This document shows positions 10,823 to 20,857 of a DNA stretch of 64,000 bases, piece by piece. Under the pieces are notes generated by a model that saw only the letters and a list, made by a program, of their open reading frames with translations, had not been told where the DNA came from and did no database searches. The translations under genes and the position numbers were made by a program. How positions within the stretch are numbered: position 1 is the first letter of the stretch; every line of letters begins with the position of its first letter. This DNA is from Mantamonas sphyraenae STR306 (Eukaryota; Protista; CRuMs): contig JAPMXV010000010.1 in the NCBI GenBank assembly GCA_026936335.1, positions 124,001 through 188,000 of the forward strand. The letters run 5' to 3'.

Positions 10823-12294
10823 ATGAAAAAGATGAAACGGAAATGGGGTTTGATGGCGTGGATAGTGATCATAGGAATGGTTTGGGGAGTGGTTGGTGTT
10901 GAGGACGCAGTGATTGCATCTGCCGAGGGACACCCTCACAATCGTACGAGGAATCGGTGGAGACTCAGCAGCTGGCGGACGGACGTGTGTTGATGCGTGT
11001 GCACTTTGCCATGGATTGGCAGCGCAGCGACGACTACCAACTGTTTCCCAAACAGTTGGCACAGGTTGCATTGACACACCGCGTGTCCAGTCTCGAGGTG
11101 CAGCTCACCGCAGGTCGCTGGCGTGCAGAGCAGTGGGGCGACGTGCAACCCGCCGCACCCGCGGGCGCTCTCCTCGAGGTGCTCTTTGCCGATGAGGATG
11201 AGGAGAAGGAGAAGGAAGGGGAGGAGGATGCCCGATGGAAAGGCGTCGTAAACGGCCTGTCGGGCATCCTGTGTGCCTCTTTGAATTTCATGGACGGCGC
11301 ACACACGGTGCGGCTTGCAAAGGGGCATCGACAGGCACAATTGGCACGCGAGGCAGTGTGCACAGAGAACATGACACCATGGATCAAACTGACCGCGTGT
11401 CGGGGACATGCTGGCCTTGCTTCTGTGCTGTTGCATTCACCCACATCCGTGTTTGACACAGCGTACCACTCGCTCCACACGCATCTGCGCTTGCCGCCTC
11501 CCTCTGCCCCTCGTGGCCGCCTCAGACTGCGTCAGACCCTGACTGTGGTCATGGACAGTGTTGAACACGTGGCTTCCCTTGCCCCCATGACCCACCTGTG
11601 TCCTGCAGCCACGCGTACGCTGGTCAACGGCGCCCCTCCCGTGCTTCCACTCACCAACCTCGCCCCGAAGCATGGCATGGTCGCCCTATCTGCTCCCACA
11701 GTGCACATGGAGCGTGTGCAGACGGGTTGGGGGCTGGAACGCGGTGGGGTGCGTGTGGTCATCCGCGAACTGGCCAATCGCACACACACAGACGCCCTGT
11801 ACGTCGACTCATTGCCTCCGTTCCTCACCCTACTTTATTCCACGTTGCGCATGCGTGTGTGCAGCGCAGACGGGTGCACAGACGTGGCTGTACCTTCACA
11901 GGCGATTGTGCCTGCCACAGGCAAAGACTCGCGGCACCAGCTGCTCTTGCCCGTCCATCTCCCACCCAGGGCCACCCTGTACCTAACCTACTCCTTCCTC
12001 AAGTCGTTCTTGCATCTGGACGACCATCCTCCTGACGCCCATCTGGGCTTCCCTGTGGGTGCCGCGCTGCTGCGACTGCAACCAGGCGCATCCGCGTCGC
12101 CTGCTCTGCGACACGATGTCTACTCCCAGGGGATGCTCGTCACGGTGGCCACGCCGGATTTCAGCATGCCCTACAATGTGATTATGTTTGCGTGCACCAT
12201 TCTGGCCTTGTATCTGGGTTCCATGCTGAACGTGCTGACCCGTCCGTTGCATTTGCCATCGGCCGAGGTGGGACCGACGTCGAGTGGCAAGTGA
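10823..12294 (+). CDS. PIGT: GPI transamidase subunit PIG-T/Gpi16 (needs a 1-nt frameshift repair near 10927-10935)
   Basis: A signal peptide (MKKMKRKWGLMAWIVIIGMVWGVVG) lies one frame away from YEESVETQQLADG. Motifs LSGILCASLNF, REAVCTENMTPWIKL, HPPDAHLGF, TPDFSMPYNVI plus a C-terminal TM. Confidence 0.9.
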
Positions 12295-12393
12295 GGTGGT
12301 GCGATGGAAAGGGAGTGAACGGTGTGATGAAAGGGGTGCAATAGCACGATAGCATGGATTGTTGTATAGCTGCAACGCCATCCAGGATCAGGA

Positions 12394-13824
12394 TCACACA
12401 GCGTTGGATGCACTGGCACCACCACTGGAACTGCCACTGGCACTGGCACTGCCACCGGCGAGGCCGGGAGCTGCAGAGGCGACGGTGGCAGCAGCACGGA
12501 TCTCGCCCGCGCTGACGTTCATGCTCTTGAAAGCAAGGTAGGCCAGACGCATGCAGTAGCATGAGGCGACCAGGTCGATGAACCAGAGACAGACACAGAT
12601 GATGACGAGGATGAGGCAGAACACAATGGCGCCTGCGGTGGAGTCGGAAGAGCCGATCTTGTCGACGCCAAACTGGTCCCACCTGCTGGCCAACAGGATG
12701 GACAGGAGGGTGATGCCAGCGCTGCCGGACCCAATGGGACCGGCCAGACTGATGATGACAAAGACAATGTGGGCAAAGAAGACGGGGAAGAAGGTGTAGA
12801 AGGTGGAGCGTTCCCAGGTGCGCAGGGCGTTGTACACGGGCCTGTACCAGAAAAAGATGGACACCGGGGCCAGGATCACAATGTACACAAAGGACAGGAG
12901 GACGTCCTGGCCCACGGGATACCACGTGCACAGGTTCACCGAACAAAAGATGCCCAGGAGCAACACCAGCGTGATCCAGTTCAGCAGCAACGTCCCTTGC
13001 GTCAGCATCCACACAAAGTACAGTAGCCGTGCAAAGAACTGCTGCTCCTCCGGAATGTCCTCTGCAATGTTGTGTCGCAGTCGCGGGCAGCACACAGGCC
13101 AGTTGGGCTCCAGCTGCGCCGGACGGTACCTCGCCACCTCCAGTTCCTTGCGCCTCAACTCCGCATCCTTTTCCGTCACCTCCTCCTCCTTAAGCCGCAG
13201 AGCCTCTTTCAACTGTTGCGTGTCATCCCGATCCATGGTTGGCATGCGGTTGCGTCGATCCCATGTGGTGTCAGTCCCGGCCCGTCTCTCTGGGTGCCAC
13301 ATCGCGCCACCCGCCCTTTTGTTCCCCTCCGGAAACCCCCTTACCAGCTTGTTCTCCCGCTGCAGCTTGGCCAGATCCGCGTTACTGCTGCTTCCCATGT
13401 CGCCCCCGTCCAGAGTGCGTCCCGTCCCGGCCCCGTTGCCATCCTGTGCATGCCGCAACAGGGCAAAACGTGCTGTGTCAGTCGAAAGTGGGTGCACATT
13501 CTCCACTTCCCGCCACCACCGTCTCCGTCCCTCACACGGCACACCCGTGTCCATCATCCCTGGCTCCCACCACTTCCATCCCACCCACAAACGTACACTG
13601 GCAAACAGACTGGGCGAGTCCATGCTGAAAGGGTCGTCCTGTGTGCCCTGTGTGTGTGTGAAAACACCACACGCAGCCCCGGAAGGTTAGATCGATCACT
13701 TCACTCTCTCTCTCTCTCTCGTGATTCTGTGAGACACACTCACATTGTCCGTATTGGAGGGAGCAAAGATGTCGCTGTCGTCCTCGGCCTCGTCGTCGAC
13801 GGCAAACGGGTTCTTTGTGGACAT
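12394..13824 (-). CDS. SCAMP: Secretory carrier membrane protein (SCAMP); 4 exons
   Basis: N-terminal NPF/DPF, coiled coil, PNWP..CP...HNIAEDIP, FFWYRPVYNALR, four TMs. Introns 13743-13648 (or -13639), 13596-13444 and 13344-13213. Confidence 0.88.
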
Positions 13825-13931
13825 GTGTGTGTGTGTGTGAGGGGACAGAGAAAAAGTGGTGGCAGCTGCGGGCCGCGGCTCCAAACCAGCCCATCCCCAC
13901 AACCAAACCCAACCAAAAACCAAAGAAAGCA

Positions 13932-14994
13932 ATGTCTGTGTCGGGAGCTCCTGCAATTGAGTACGCGTGTGTGGCCAAGGGCAGGGTGATCGTTGCGGAG
14001 CACGCCTCGGGCACTGCCAACTATGCGGCGGTGGTGAGGCAAGTGTTGCCCAAACTGGAGAAACAGAGCGACGTGCGCATGAGTCTGGCGCACCAGGCTC
14101 GCCTGTTCCACTATCTGCGAGACAGGGGCGTCGTGTACTTTGCGGTGACCAGCGACCAGACCCACCGTCGGCTGCCCTTCCAATTCCTCGACGACGTCAA
14201 GGCCCGCTTCACCTCCGAGTACGACGTGGCCACCATGGCCGCCAGCCACGAGGGTTCTCTCACCTCCACCTTTGGTGCCACCCTCAAGAATCTCATGAAA
14301 CACTACAGCGACGGCGGCAACGACCAATTTTCTCGCGTCCACGCAGAGGTCGACGAAGTCAAGGACATCATGCGCAGCAACATCGGTTCGTTGTCCACAC
14401 ACACGCACAACTTCCACTCCGTACCATGCTGTGTGTCCTCCCTATCCCACCATCCCGTGCTACCCACCCATCTCGGCCTGTCCTGCCCCTTGGTGCCCGT
14501 GTTGCGTGCACCCCGCCGAAAATGGGGCCTCGCCACCGCCCCTCTTGGCGACTTTTTGTTCAGCTGCGGCACCAACGACACATGACACTGACACACACAC
14601 ACACGCACACACACACACACACACACTCTCTCTCGCATTGTTTCCCCGCACGCATGTTACGTTCTGCGTCTGTGGTCGCGCAGACAAGGTGCTGGAACGA
14701 GGCGACAAGATCGAAGACTTGGAACGCCGCACAGAGAAGCTGAATCAGCGTGCGCTGACCTTCAAGAAGAGCTCGGGCTCGCTGAAACGACAGATGTGCA
14801 TGCAAAACGCAAAGATGACGGCTCTCATTGTGGTCATTGTGCTGGCCATCATCTACTTCATCCTGGCCATGGCCTGCGGCGCCGATTTCAGCCGCTGCGC
14901 AGCCAAACCCGCACCCAAGACAAACACAGGCTCCAACGGCGGTTCCACTGCAAAGCTGCTCGAGGATGCTCTCGACCACCTTTTCCCGCAGTGA
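13932..14994 (+). CDS. VAMP7: VAMP7-like longin R-SNARE; 2 exons
   Basis: Longin domain (IEYACVAKG, RRLPFQFL). SNARE motif VDEVKDIMRSNI/DKVLERGDKIEDL is split by intron 14386-14683. TM followed by a lumenal CG..F..C tail. Confidence 0.92.
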
Positions 14995-15200
14995 GAGTGC
15001 ATTGCTGCGGAACCAATGAACAAAAACGCTGCCTTTTTCCAGTTTGCTTCAATTCCATCCAAATCCCTTCATGATCCTTTGTGATGATGATGGTTGTGGA
15101 GGTGTGACGACAGCCACTTGCGTGTGGTGTGTGCAGTGTGTGTGTGTGTGTCTGTGCAGTGTTGTGAATGCAGCGCTGGTGGAAGCAAAATCCTGGCAAC

Positions 15201-17231
15201 ATGGACGGAAACGGCGAAGACACGGCCGCCATGCCCGAGTTTGTGGCGGAGGATGTGGACGACGAATACGAAACCAAAATGCAGCAGCAGTGGGATGAGT
15301 ACCGCAGCAACCAGCCGTTGCACCGTCGGTCGAGTTTGTTGCTGAAGGGGGAAGACGCGCAGCACGGGGAGGGCGACACGGTGGGAATGGCTCCCCCGGA
15401 GTTGCCCGTGGTGCCTCACCGTTCCTCCGACGACGGAGTGTACTTCAAACCGGCCACGTTTGCACGTGAGACGCTGTACCACATGTTCTACCCGTTCTCC
15501 CTGCCTGTGGCCATGTTCTTGGAGGGCACCGTGTACTGCCAGAATCGCTACTTCCTTCCCAAACCCGTGCAGCAGGGCAAGAGCAGCGGCAACTTCAACA
15601 TGTGGCGCGAGGGCATCACCAAGATTGTGATGTACCTTGTCATCTTCTCATGCCTTGCCGACCCGGCGCGGGTCACGGCCCAGACGCGCTTCACCGTCAT
15701 CTTCACCGTCATGATTGTCATTCTGCGGGACATCATCATTGGCACCAAGTATGCGTTTATGAGCACCCAATACCTGCGCAAACTGCACAAGGTGCTTGTC
15801 AGTCGCTACGAGCTGGACAACGGTCTGCTGGTCGGCTGGCTCTTTGCCAGTCCCGACGTGGTCATGGGTCATCTCATGCAAGGCATGCACCGCTCCCAGG
15901 TCAACTTGGATGCCCCCTGCCACTTTCTGCCCCACCAGCTTCAAACCCTGCGCGAGAACCTGCAGACGGCCGAGCGCATCCGTCGCGAACTGGTGTACAA
16001 CCCCGAGTCGACCTCGCAGCGCTACCGCATCGTGCGCGACCGCACGCTCACCGAAGAGCAAAGCGAGATTGAGATGGGTGGCATGAATGGGTCGTCGTCG
16101 TCGTCGTCATCAGCATCATCGGCATCAGTCTACCACCATGAGATGACTTCCAGCCTGGGCGAGAACGACGACGACCACACGCTGAACCAGCGTCTGCTGA
16201 ACAGTGGCACCCTGGGCCATGCGCACGAAGAAAAGTGCCAACGGGTCTTTGCCAAGGGTGCGGTCATCGATGGTATCGACGTGAACAACCACACCTTTTC
16301 CGCGATGTACCTGGTGTGGCAACTCGTGATGGACACCGTGCAGCCGGCGGTCAAGAAGAGATACAGCAAGATGGCCATCATCATCACCATCCTGCACCTC
16401 TTCCTGCCGTACGGTCTGCTGACCCTGGAAACAGGCAGCCCCTTTGACACCACCGACCCTTACTTCATCTTTCTGCAACTCACTGCCCTCATCCTCACGG
16501 GTCTCATGTACTGGGTCAACGTCCTCTACATGTTTGTGGGCGCCAACGACCTCTACCGACGCTACCACTTCCAGCTGCAGCTCGACGCCCTCCTCAGCAC
16601 AGGCTTCATCTCCGGCACCTTTGACATGTCCGACGCCGAACGGCTCATGTACCTCGACGAACACGAAGGCTTTGTGCTGGACATGAGCAAGCCCATCAAC
16701 GTCAGCAATTGGATGGGTGTGCGCACACTCCTGCGTGAGTTTGGCATTGGCTTCTACAAACGCATCTGCGCCGTCACCGCCTACTACGTCCTTCTGGCCG
16801 TCGGCGAAGTCGCCACCCTGTTCATTCTTGTGTTTTCCGAGTTTTCCGTGGGTCGATTCACCCCTGTGATGTGGTCCATCACCCTGACGGTCCTCTTTGA
16901 CGCCTTGACCATCACCATCATGTCCTTCCTCATGATCTACCCTGCTGCCCTGTGCAACCGCATGGGCATGCGCCATTGCATGAATCTGCTGCGTCACAGG
17001 ATGCGCCTCGGCTCCTATCTGAGTGAGTTTGGCGACCTGCTGCCGCCCCAGCGCGTGCAGGAGATCAAGTCCTCGCTCCGCCTCCTCGACACAGCCAACC
17101 ACAAGGTCCAGGCCGACGACGTCTGGAACCCCATCCGCATCTTTGGCATTCGAGCAGATGCAAACATGTACCGCACCGTCGCTGGTCTCGCCTTGTCGGC
17201 CTTTTCCGCTGCTGCCCGACTGGCCTTCTGA
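15201..17231 (+). CDS. Hypothetical multi-pass membrane protein (~7 TM)
   Basis: 676-aa intronless ORF with host-like codon bias and several hydrophobic helices. No family recognised. Confidence 0.75.
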   Translation: MDGNGEDTAAMPEFVAEDVDDEYETKMQQQWDEYRSNQPLHRRSSLLLKGEDAQHGEGDTVGMAPPELPVVPHRSSDDGVYFKPATFARETLYHMFYPFSLPVAMFLEGTVYCQNRYFLPKPVQQGKSSGNFNMWREGITKIVMYLVIFSCLADPARVTAQTRFTVIFTVMIVILRDIIIGTKYAFMSTQYLRKLHKVLVSRYELDNGLLVGWLFASPDVVMGHLMQGMHRSQVNLDAPCHFLPHQLQTLRENLQTAERIRRELVYNPESTSQRYRIVRDRTLTEEQSEIEMGGMNGSSSSSSSASSASVYHHEMTSSLGENDDDHTLNQRLLNSGTLGHAHEEKCQRVFAKGAVIDGIDVNNHTFSAMYLVWQLVMDTVQPAVKKRYSKMAIIITILHLFLPYGLLTLETGSPFDTTDPYFIFLQLTALILTGLMYWVNVLYMFVGANDLYRRYHFQLQLDALLSTGFISGTFDMSDAERLMYLDEHEGFVLDMSKPINVSNWMGVRTLLREFGIGFYKRICAVTAYYVLLAVGEVATLFILVFSEFSVGRFTPVMWSITLTVLFDALTITIMSFLMIYPAALCNRMGMRHCMNLLRHRMRLGSYLSEFGDLLPPQRVQEIKSSLRLLDTANHKVQADDVWNPIRIFGIRADANMYRTVAGLALSAFSAAARLAF

Positions 17232-17257
17232 GCACGGGCAAGGCGTCCAGAGCCTCC

Positions 17258-17860
17258 TCATTCCATGTCATCCAACCCGAACGAAAGTGCACTTTTGTCC
17301 TTTTTCTTTTTCTTTTTCTTCTTTTTCTTGTCCATGCTGCCTGTGGAGGAGGACGACGAGGACGACGAGGACGACGAGTCCTCCACCCGCTGCTTTTTGG
17401 CCACAAACACGGGCTTGGGCATGTTGGACACGTCTGCGGAGCTGCTTGATTCGCCATTGTCGTTGTGTTGCTCCGTTTGCGAGGAGAGTCTGCTGCCCAA
17501 GTTGCCACGTGCGGCAACCAGCTGCGGATCCACAGGCGCTGCCGCGACCGCTGCTGCCTCGTCCTCTGTGCTCCCATTCTCCAGTTCCTCGCGTGTGCGC
17601 TTGGTGCCTCCCGATTGCATGGCCAACACCTCCGCCACAAGATGCTGCCCTTCGACCACAGTGGCGTTTTCGATGTCGTGGAAGAGGTTGAAGTGTTCCG
17701 TGTGATCGCTCACCACGTACTCCTGCTTCTGTGCCACTTGCTCCTTCTGCTGCTCTTCTTTGCCCTTGTAGCCCATGCGCAACAGAAAGGCAGGTGTGGA
17801 CGGCGCCGTGAACTGCACATTGGATCCCTTCTTGCCTCCTCCTGCAGTGCCCCCCGGCAT
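17258..17860 (-). CDS. DUF4604/KIAA1143-like small disordered protein
   Basis: N-terminal NVQFTAPSTPAFLLRMGY, and a C-terminal poly-Lys followed by KSALSFGLDDME. Both resemble the ends of DUF4604 proteins. Alternative start 17896. Confidence 0.6.
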   Translation of the reverse strand: MPGGTAGGGKKGSNVQFTAPSTPAFLLRMGYKGKEEQQKEQVAQKQEYVVSDHTEHFNLFHDIENATVVEGQHLVAEVLAMQSGGTKRTREELENGSTEDEAAAVAAAPVDPQLVAARGNLGSRLSSQTEQHNDNGESSSSADVSNMPKPVFVAKKQRVEDSSSSSSSSSSSTGSMDKKKKKKKKKKDKSALSFGLDDME

Positions 17861-18099
17861 TTTTGTTTCGAACTCTCTGTGCTGCGCTGCGTCCATCAGC
17901 GCAATCCCTCACAGTCATCATCACAACCTCAGACGACCAGCTAGCAGGCGCCCTGGCTGCTCTCGGATCCATCGACCCTTGGGAAGACGTTGCACCGCGC
18001 AAAGAATGGGTCCGGCTGCATGAGCAGCCAAGCAAGGTGCAGGTGCGGATCGCCGAGCTGCTCGAGCAACTCGTCGCGCCTTGGCGCGAATGGCTGGAC

Positions 18100-20832
18100 A
18101 TGGACGATTCGTGGAGGGACGGCATTGCGTGCGATGCAAGTTTGTGGAACCCTCTGGAGTGGGTAGACGCACAACTGACTGTGTTGGAGCGTGTACAGGC
18201 GGCTGTGCGTGAAGCAGAGACGGAAGCCCATCAGGAACGCGACCCCATCAGCATCAACCAGCACCAGAACATACGCAACATGCTTCATATGGTGTTTCAC
18301 GCTGCCGTTGTGCCCATGCTGCCATCGTTTGTACCCAGCACGACCACAGAGGCGCAGGGGGTGCCTGTACCTGTGCTTCCGCTGCGAACGAGCTCGCAGG
18401 ACGTGCAGCAGCGTGTGTTGCACCACGTCACACGTCGCTTGGTGCATCTCATGGACCTGGAACAGCACGAACAGACTCAGCTGATGAATCTGCACACACA
18501 CATTGTGGCTTCACACAACGTCGAGGTGACGGCGGCGCTCGTGCAGCTACGCATGTGGAGTGCAGACACACAACCTTTGCTGGCACTGTTGCTGGACCAT
18601 TTGCATCCATCCTTGGTGGTGGAGGCCCTGACAAACCTCGTCAAAGCCTCTGTGCAGGCCAGCTCCACGTCTGCGGGTGGGCGTCCGCAGCAGCAGTGGC
18701 GTGTGGTTGTCTCGCGCCTGTTGACACGTGCCATCATGCGACCCGACGGCGTCATGGCTGTCATGCAACAGATGATGAGTCTAGACCAGGGGAACACTCA
18801 GGCGCGCGATGCCTGTGTCAAACTACTGGCGGCCCTGCCAAAGGGTGTTCAGCCAGACGTGTACTGTGATGCCATCGGCGCCCAACTCTTGCAAATGGCA
18901 CACAATGACAATCCCAACGTGGAGCATCTGCGCCAGACGGCCTTTTACGCGGCTGCTACCATGAGCTCTCGTCTCGACCCACAGCTCATGCACGCTTCCT
19001 TCCTGCGACCGTACCTTGCACCCTGGTACGATTTGCTCGATGGCACACTCTCTACTCTGGACGAGACACGCCTCCACGCCGCGTTGTCCCTCTGGGAGCC
19101 CTTTCTCGTGCAATTGCCCACGGCAAGCACACGCCTTGTGCACCATCTCACCCCTCTCCTACTCCTCTGCTTTGACGTCCTCTGCACTGCCAAACGCACG
19201 CACAGTGGCATGCGTCGCCTTGCCTTGCGTGTCATGGCAGCAGCCGCGGACGCGTGCACGCCTGCTATGCTCATCGGCTTTGTGCTTCCTGAGATGAACC
19301 CCGACGGTGAGGGGAAACGAGGCGCGGAACACGGCGACATTGAGGATGACGACGATGCAGATTATGCAGCTGCCATCGGCACCGCATCCTCCTCCTCCTC
19401 TTCGACGCTGCACTCGTCGCCATCATCGTCATCGTCGTCCACATCGAGACTTCGTGCCATGGTTTCCTTGGCACCGGAAGGAGGCGTTCAGGTGGATGGC
19501 GTGACAACGGAAGGAGGCCCGCGTGACTACGGCGAAGACGTGGATTGTTTGGTGGACGTCATGCGAGCCATGCGGAACGAGGAGTTGCCTGCACAGGTGC
19601 TCATCCACGCGATGCACATGTACATAGGTCTGCGCATGCAGATGGCCATGCAGGGTGGCATGCTGGAAGACGCCTTGCAAACACGCATGGAGAATGTGCT
19701 GACGCTGGTCACGTGCATCATCGAACGCATGAGCAGTCAGATCATGCAGCGGCCTGCACAGATCCTCGAGTTTCTCACTCTCATGTTCAAGTATGACGAG
19801 GGAGACATTGTATACACATGCATGATGATTCTGGAGCTGGTGCTGGAATGTGACGAGCTCGGCAGCACAGCGGAGGACGAGGCTCGTCTGTTTGATTTCC
19901 TTGCGCCCCTGCAGCGGCTCGTGTACCACACTGAGGAACACGTGGCCAACATGGCCAACAAGCTGGTGCGTGTCATTATCCAACGCAAACGCACGTGGCA
20001 CCTTGGATCGTCGTCGTCGTCGTCGTCGTCGTCCGTGACAGAGGCGGACGCGGAGGCTGAAGCAGACCCCACACAGCTCAAGGCGGCCATTGGCGAGCTA
20101 CGCAGCAGCGACAGCGCCACACGCGCACAGGGGATCAAGCACTTGGAGTCATTGGTGGAATCACGGGACACATGTATGCTGTCCAAGCTGGAGCGAGTGG
20201 CCGCAGTGTTCCAAGCACAGATGCTCGACCCCGACTCGTTCGTGCACACAGCTGCCATCCAGGCGATGCGTGTGCTTGCATGCTACCATCCAAAGACCAT
20301 CCTGCCTGTGTGTGAGCGTGTCATGCTGGACACTGAGCTGTCCGACGAGGCACGCATCGCCTTTGCCGAGGTGATGTGTGGCGTTGCCGACAGCCTCGGA
20401 GACGTGGCACAGCTCTACACAGACCATTGGGTGCGACCATTGTTGGCAGTGTTGGACCATCCGCAGGTGCATTCGACACGTGTGCGTGCGAGTGCACTCA
20501 CGTGTTTGGGACAGTTGCTCGCCTACGTTGGGATCGCCCTCCATCCCCATTTGGAGGCCTTTGTGCGCATGATTATGGCGTTGATGCGCATGGAGCCGCA
20601 TGCAGAGGTGCGCAGGGCAGCAGCCGTGTTTGCCAACGATCTGCTGCGGGGTCTCGGCTCACATGTGTTTCAAGCCCTGCCAGACTCGTTTCGTCAGCTG
20701 TATGCCCTCCTTCGCCTTGCCGCCCGAGAGGATGAGGACGAGGTGGTGCGCTACCATGCCGAACAAGCCGTGGAGAAGATCAAGGACACCGGCAAGGAGG
20801 TGACAGGCATCCTGGAGCTGCTTCCCCAATGA
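18100..20832 (+). CDS. TANGO6: TANGO6/Rtp1-like HEAT-repeat protein (5' end uncertain)
   Basis: IMRPDGV, DPDSFVHTAAIQAM, RASALTCLGQL, EVRRAAAVFANDLLRGLG, EDEDEVVRYHA match the Rtp1 C1/C2 regions. First ATG is 18100, but the frame is open and coding-like from ~17930. Confidence 0.75.
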   Translation: MDDSWRDGIACDASLWNPLEWVDAQLTVLERVQAAVREAETEAHQERDPISINQHQNIRNMLHMVFHAAVVPMLPSFVPSTTTEAQGVPVPVLPLRTSSQDVQQRVLHHVTRRLVHLMDLEQHEQTQLMNLHTHIVASHNVEVTAALVQLRMWSADTQPLLALLLDHLHPSLVVEALTNLVKASVQASSTSAGGRPQQQWRVVVSRLLTRAIMRPDGVMAVMQQMMSLDQGNTQARDACVKLLAALPKGVQPDVYCDAIGAQLLQMAHNDNPNVEHLRQTAFYAAATMSSRLDPQLMHASFLRPYLAPWYDLLDGTLSTLDETRLHAALSLWEPFLVQLPTASTRLVHHLTPLLLLCFDVLCTAKRTHSGMRRLALRVMAAAADACTPAMLIGFVLPEMNPDGEGKRGAEHGDIEDDDDADYAAAIGTASSSSSSTLHSSPSSSSSSTSRLRAMVSLAPEGGVQVDGVTTEGGPRDYGEDVDCLVDVMRAMRNEELPAQVLIHAMHMYIGLRMQMAMQGGMLEDALQTRMENVLTLVTCIIERMSSQIMQRPAQILEFLTLMFKYDEGDIVYTCMMILELVLECDELGSTAEDEARLFDFLAPLQRLVYHTEEHVANMANKLVRVIIQRKRTWHLGSSSSSSSSSVTEADAEAEADPTQLKAAIGELRSSDSATRAQGIKHLESLVESRDTCMLSKLERVAAVFQAQMLDPDSFVHTAAIQAMRVLACYHPKTILPVCERVMLDTELSDEARIAFAEVMCGVADSLGDVAQLYTDHWVRPLLAVLDHPQVHSTRVRASALTCLGQLLAYVGIALHPHLEAFVRMIMALMRMEPHAEVRRAAAVFANDLLRGLGSHVFQALPDSFRQLYALLRLAAREDEDEVVRYHAEQAVEKIKDTGKEVTGILELLPQ

Positions 20833-20857
20833 ACCAAGTGAATTCAACCCCACAGAA

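Noticed and set aside
10910-10927. Tiny GT..AG intron as the fix for the PIG-T frameshift
   Set aside because: It is 18 nt, a multiple of 3, so it does not change frame, and it is far shorter than other introns here.
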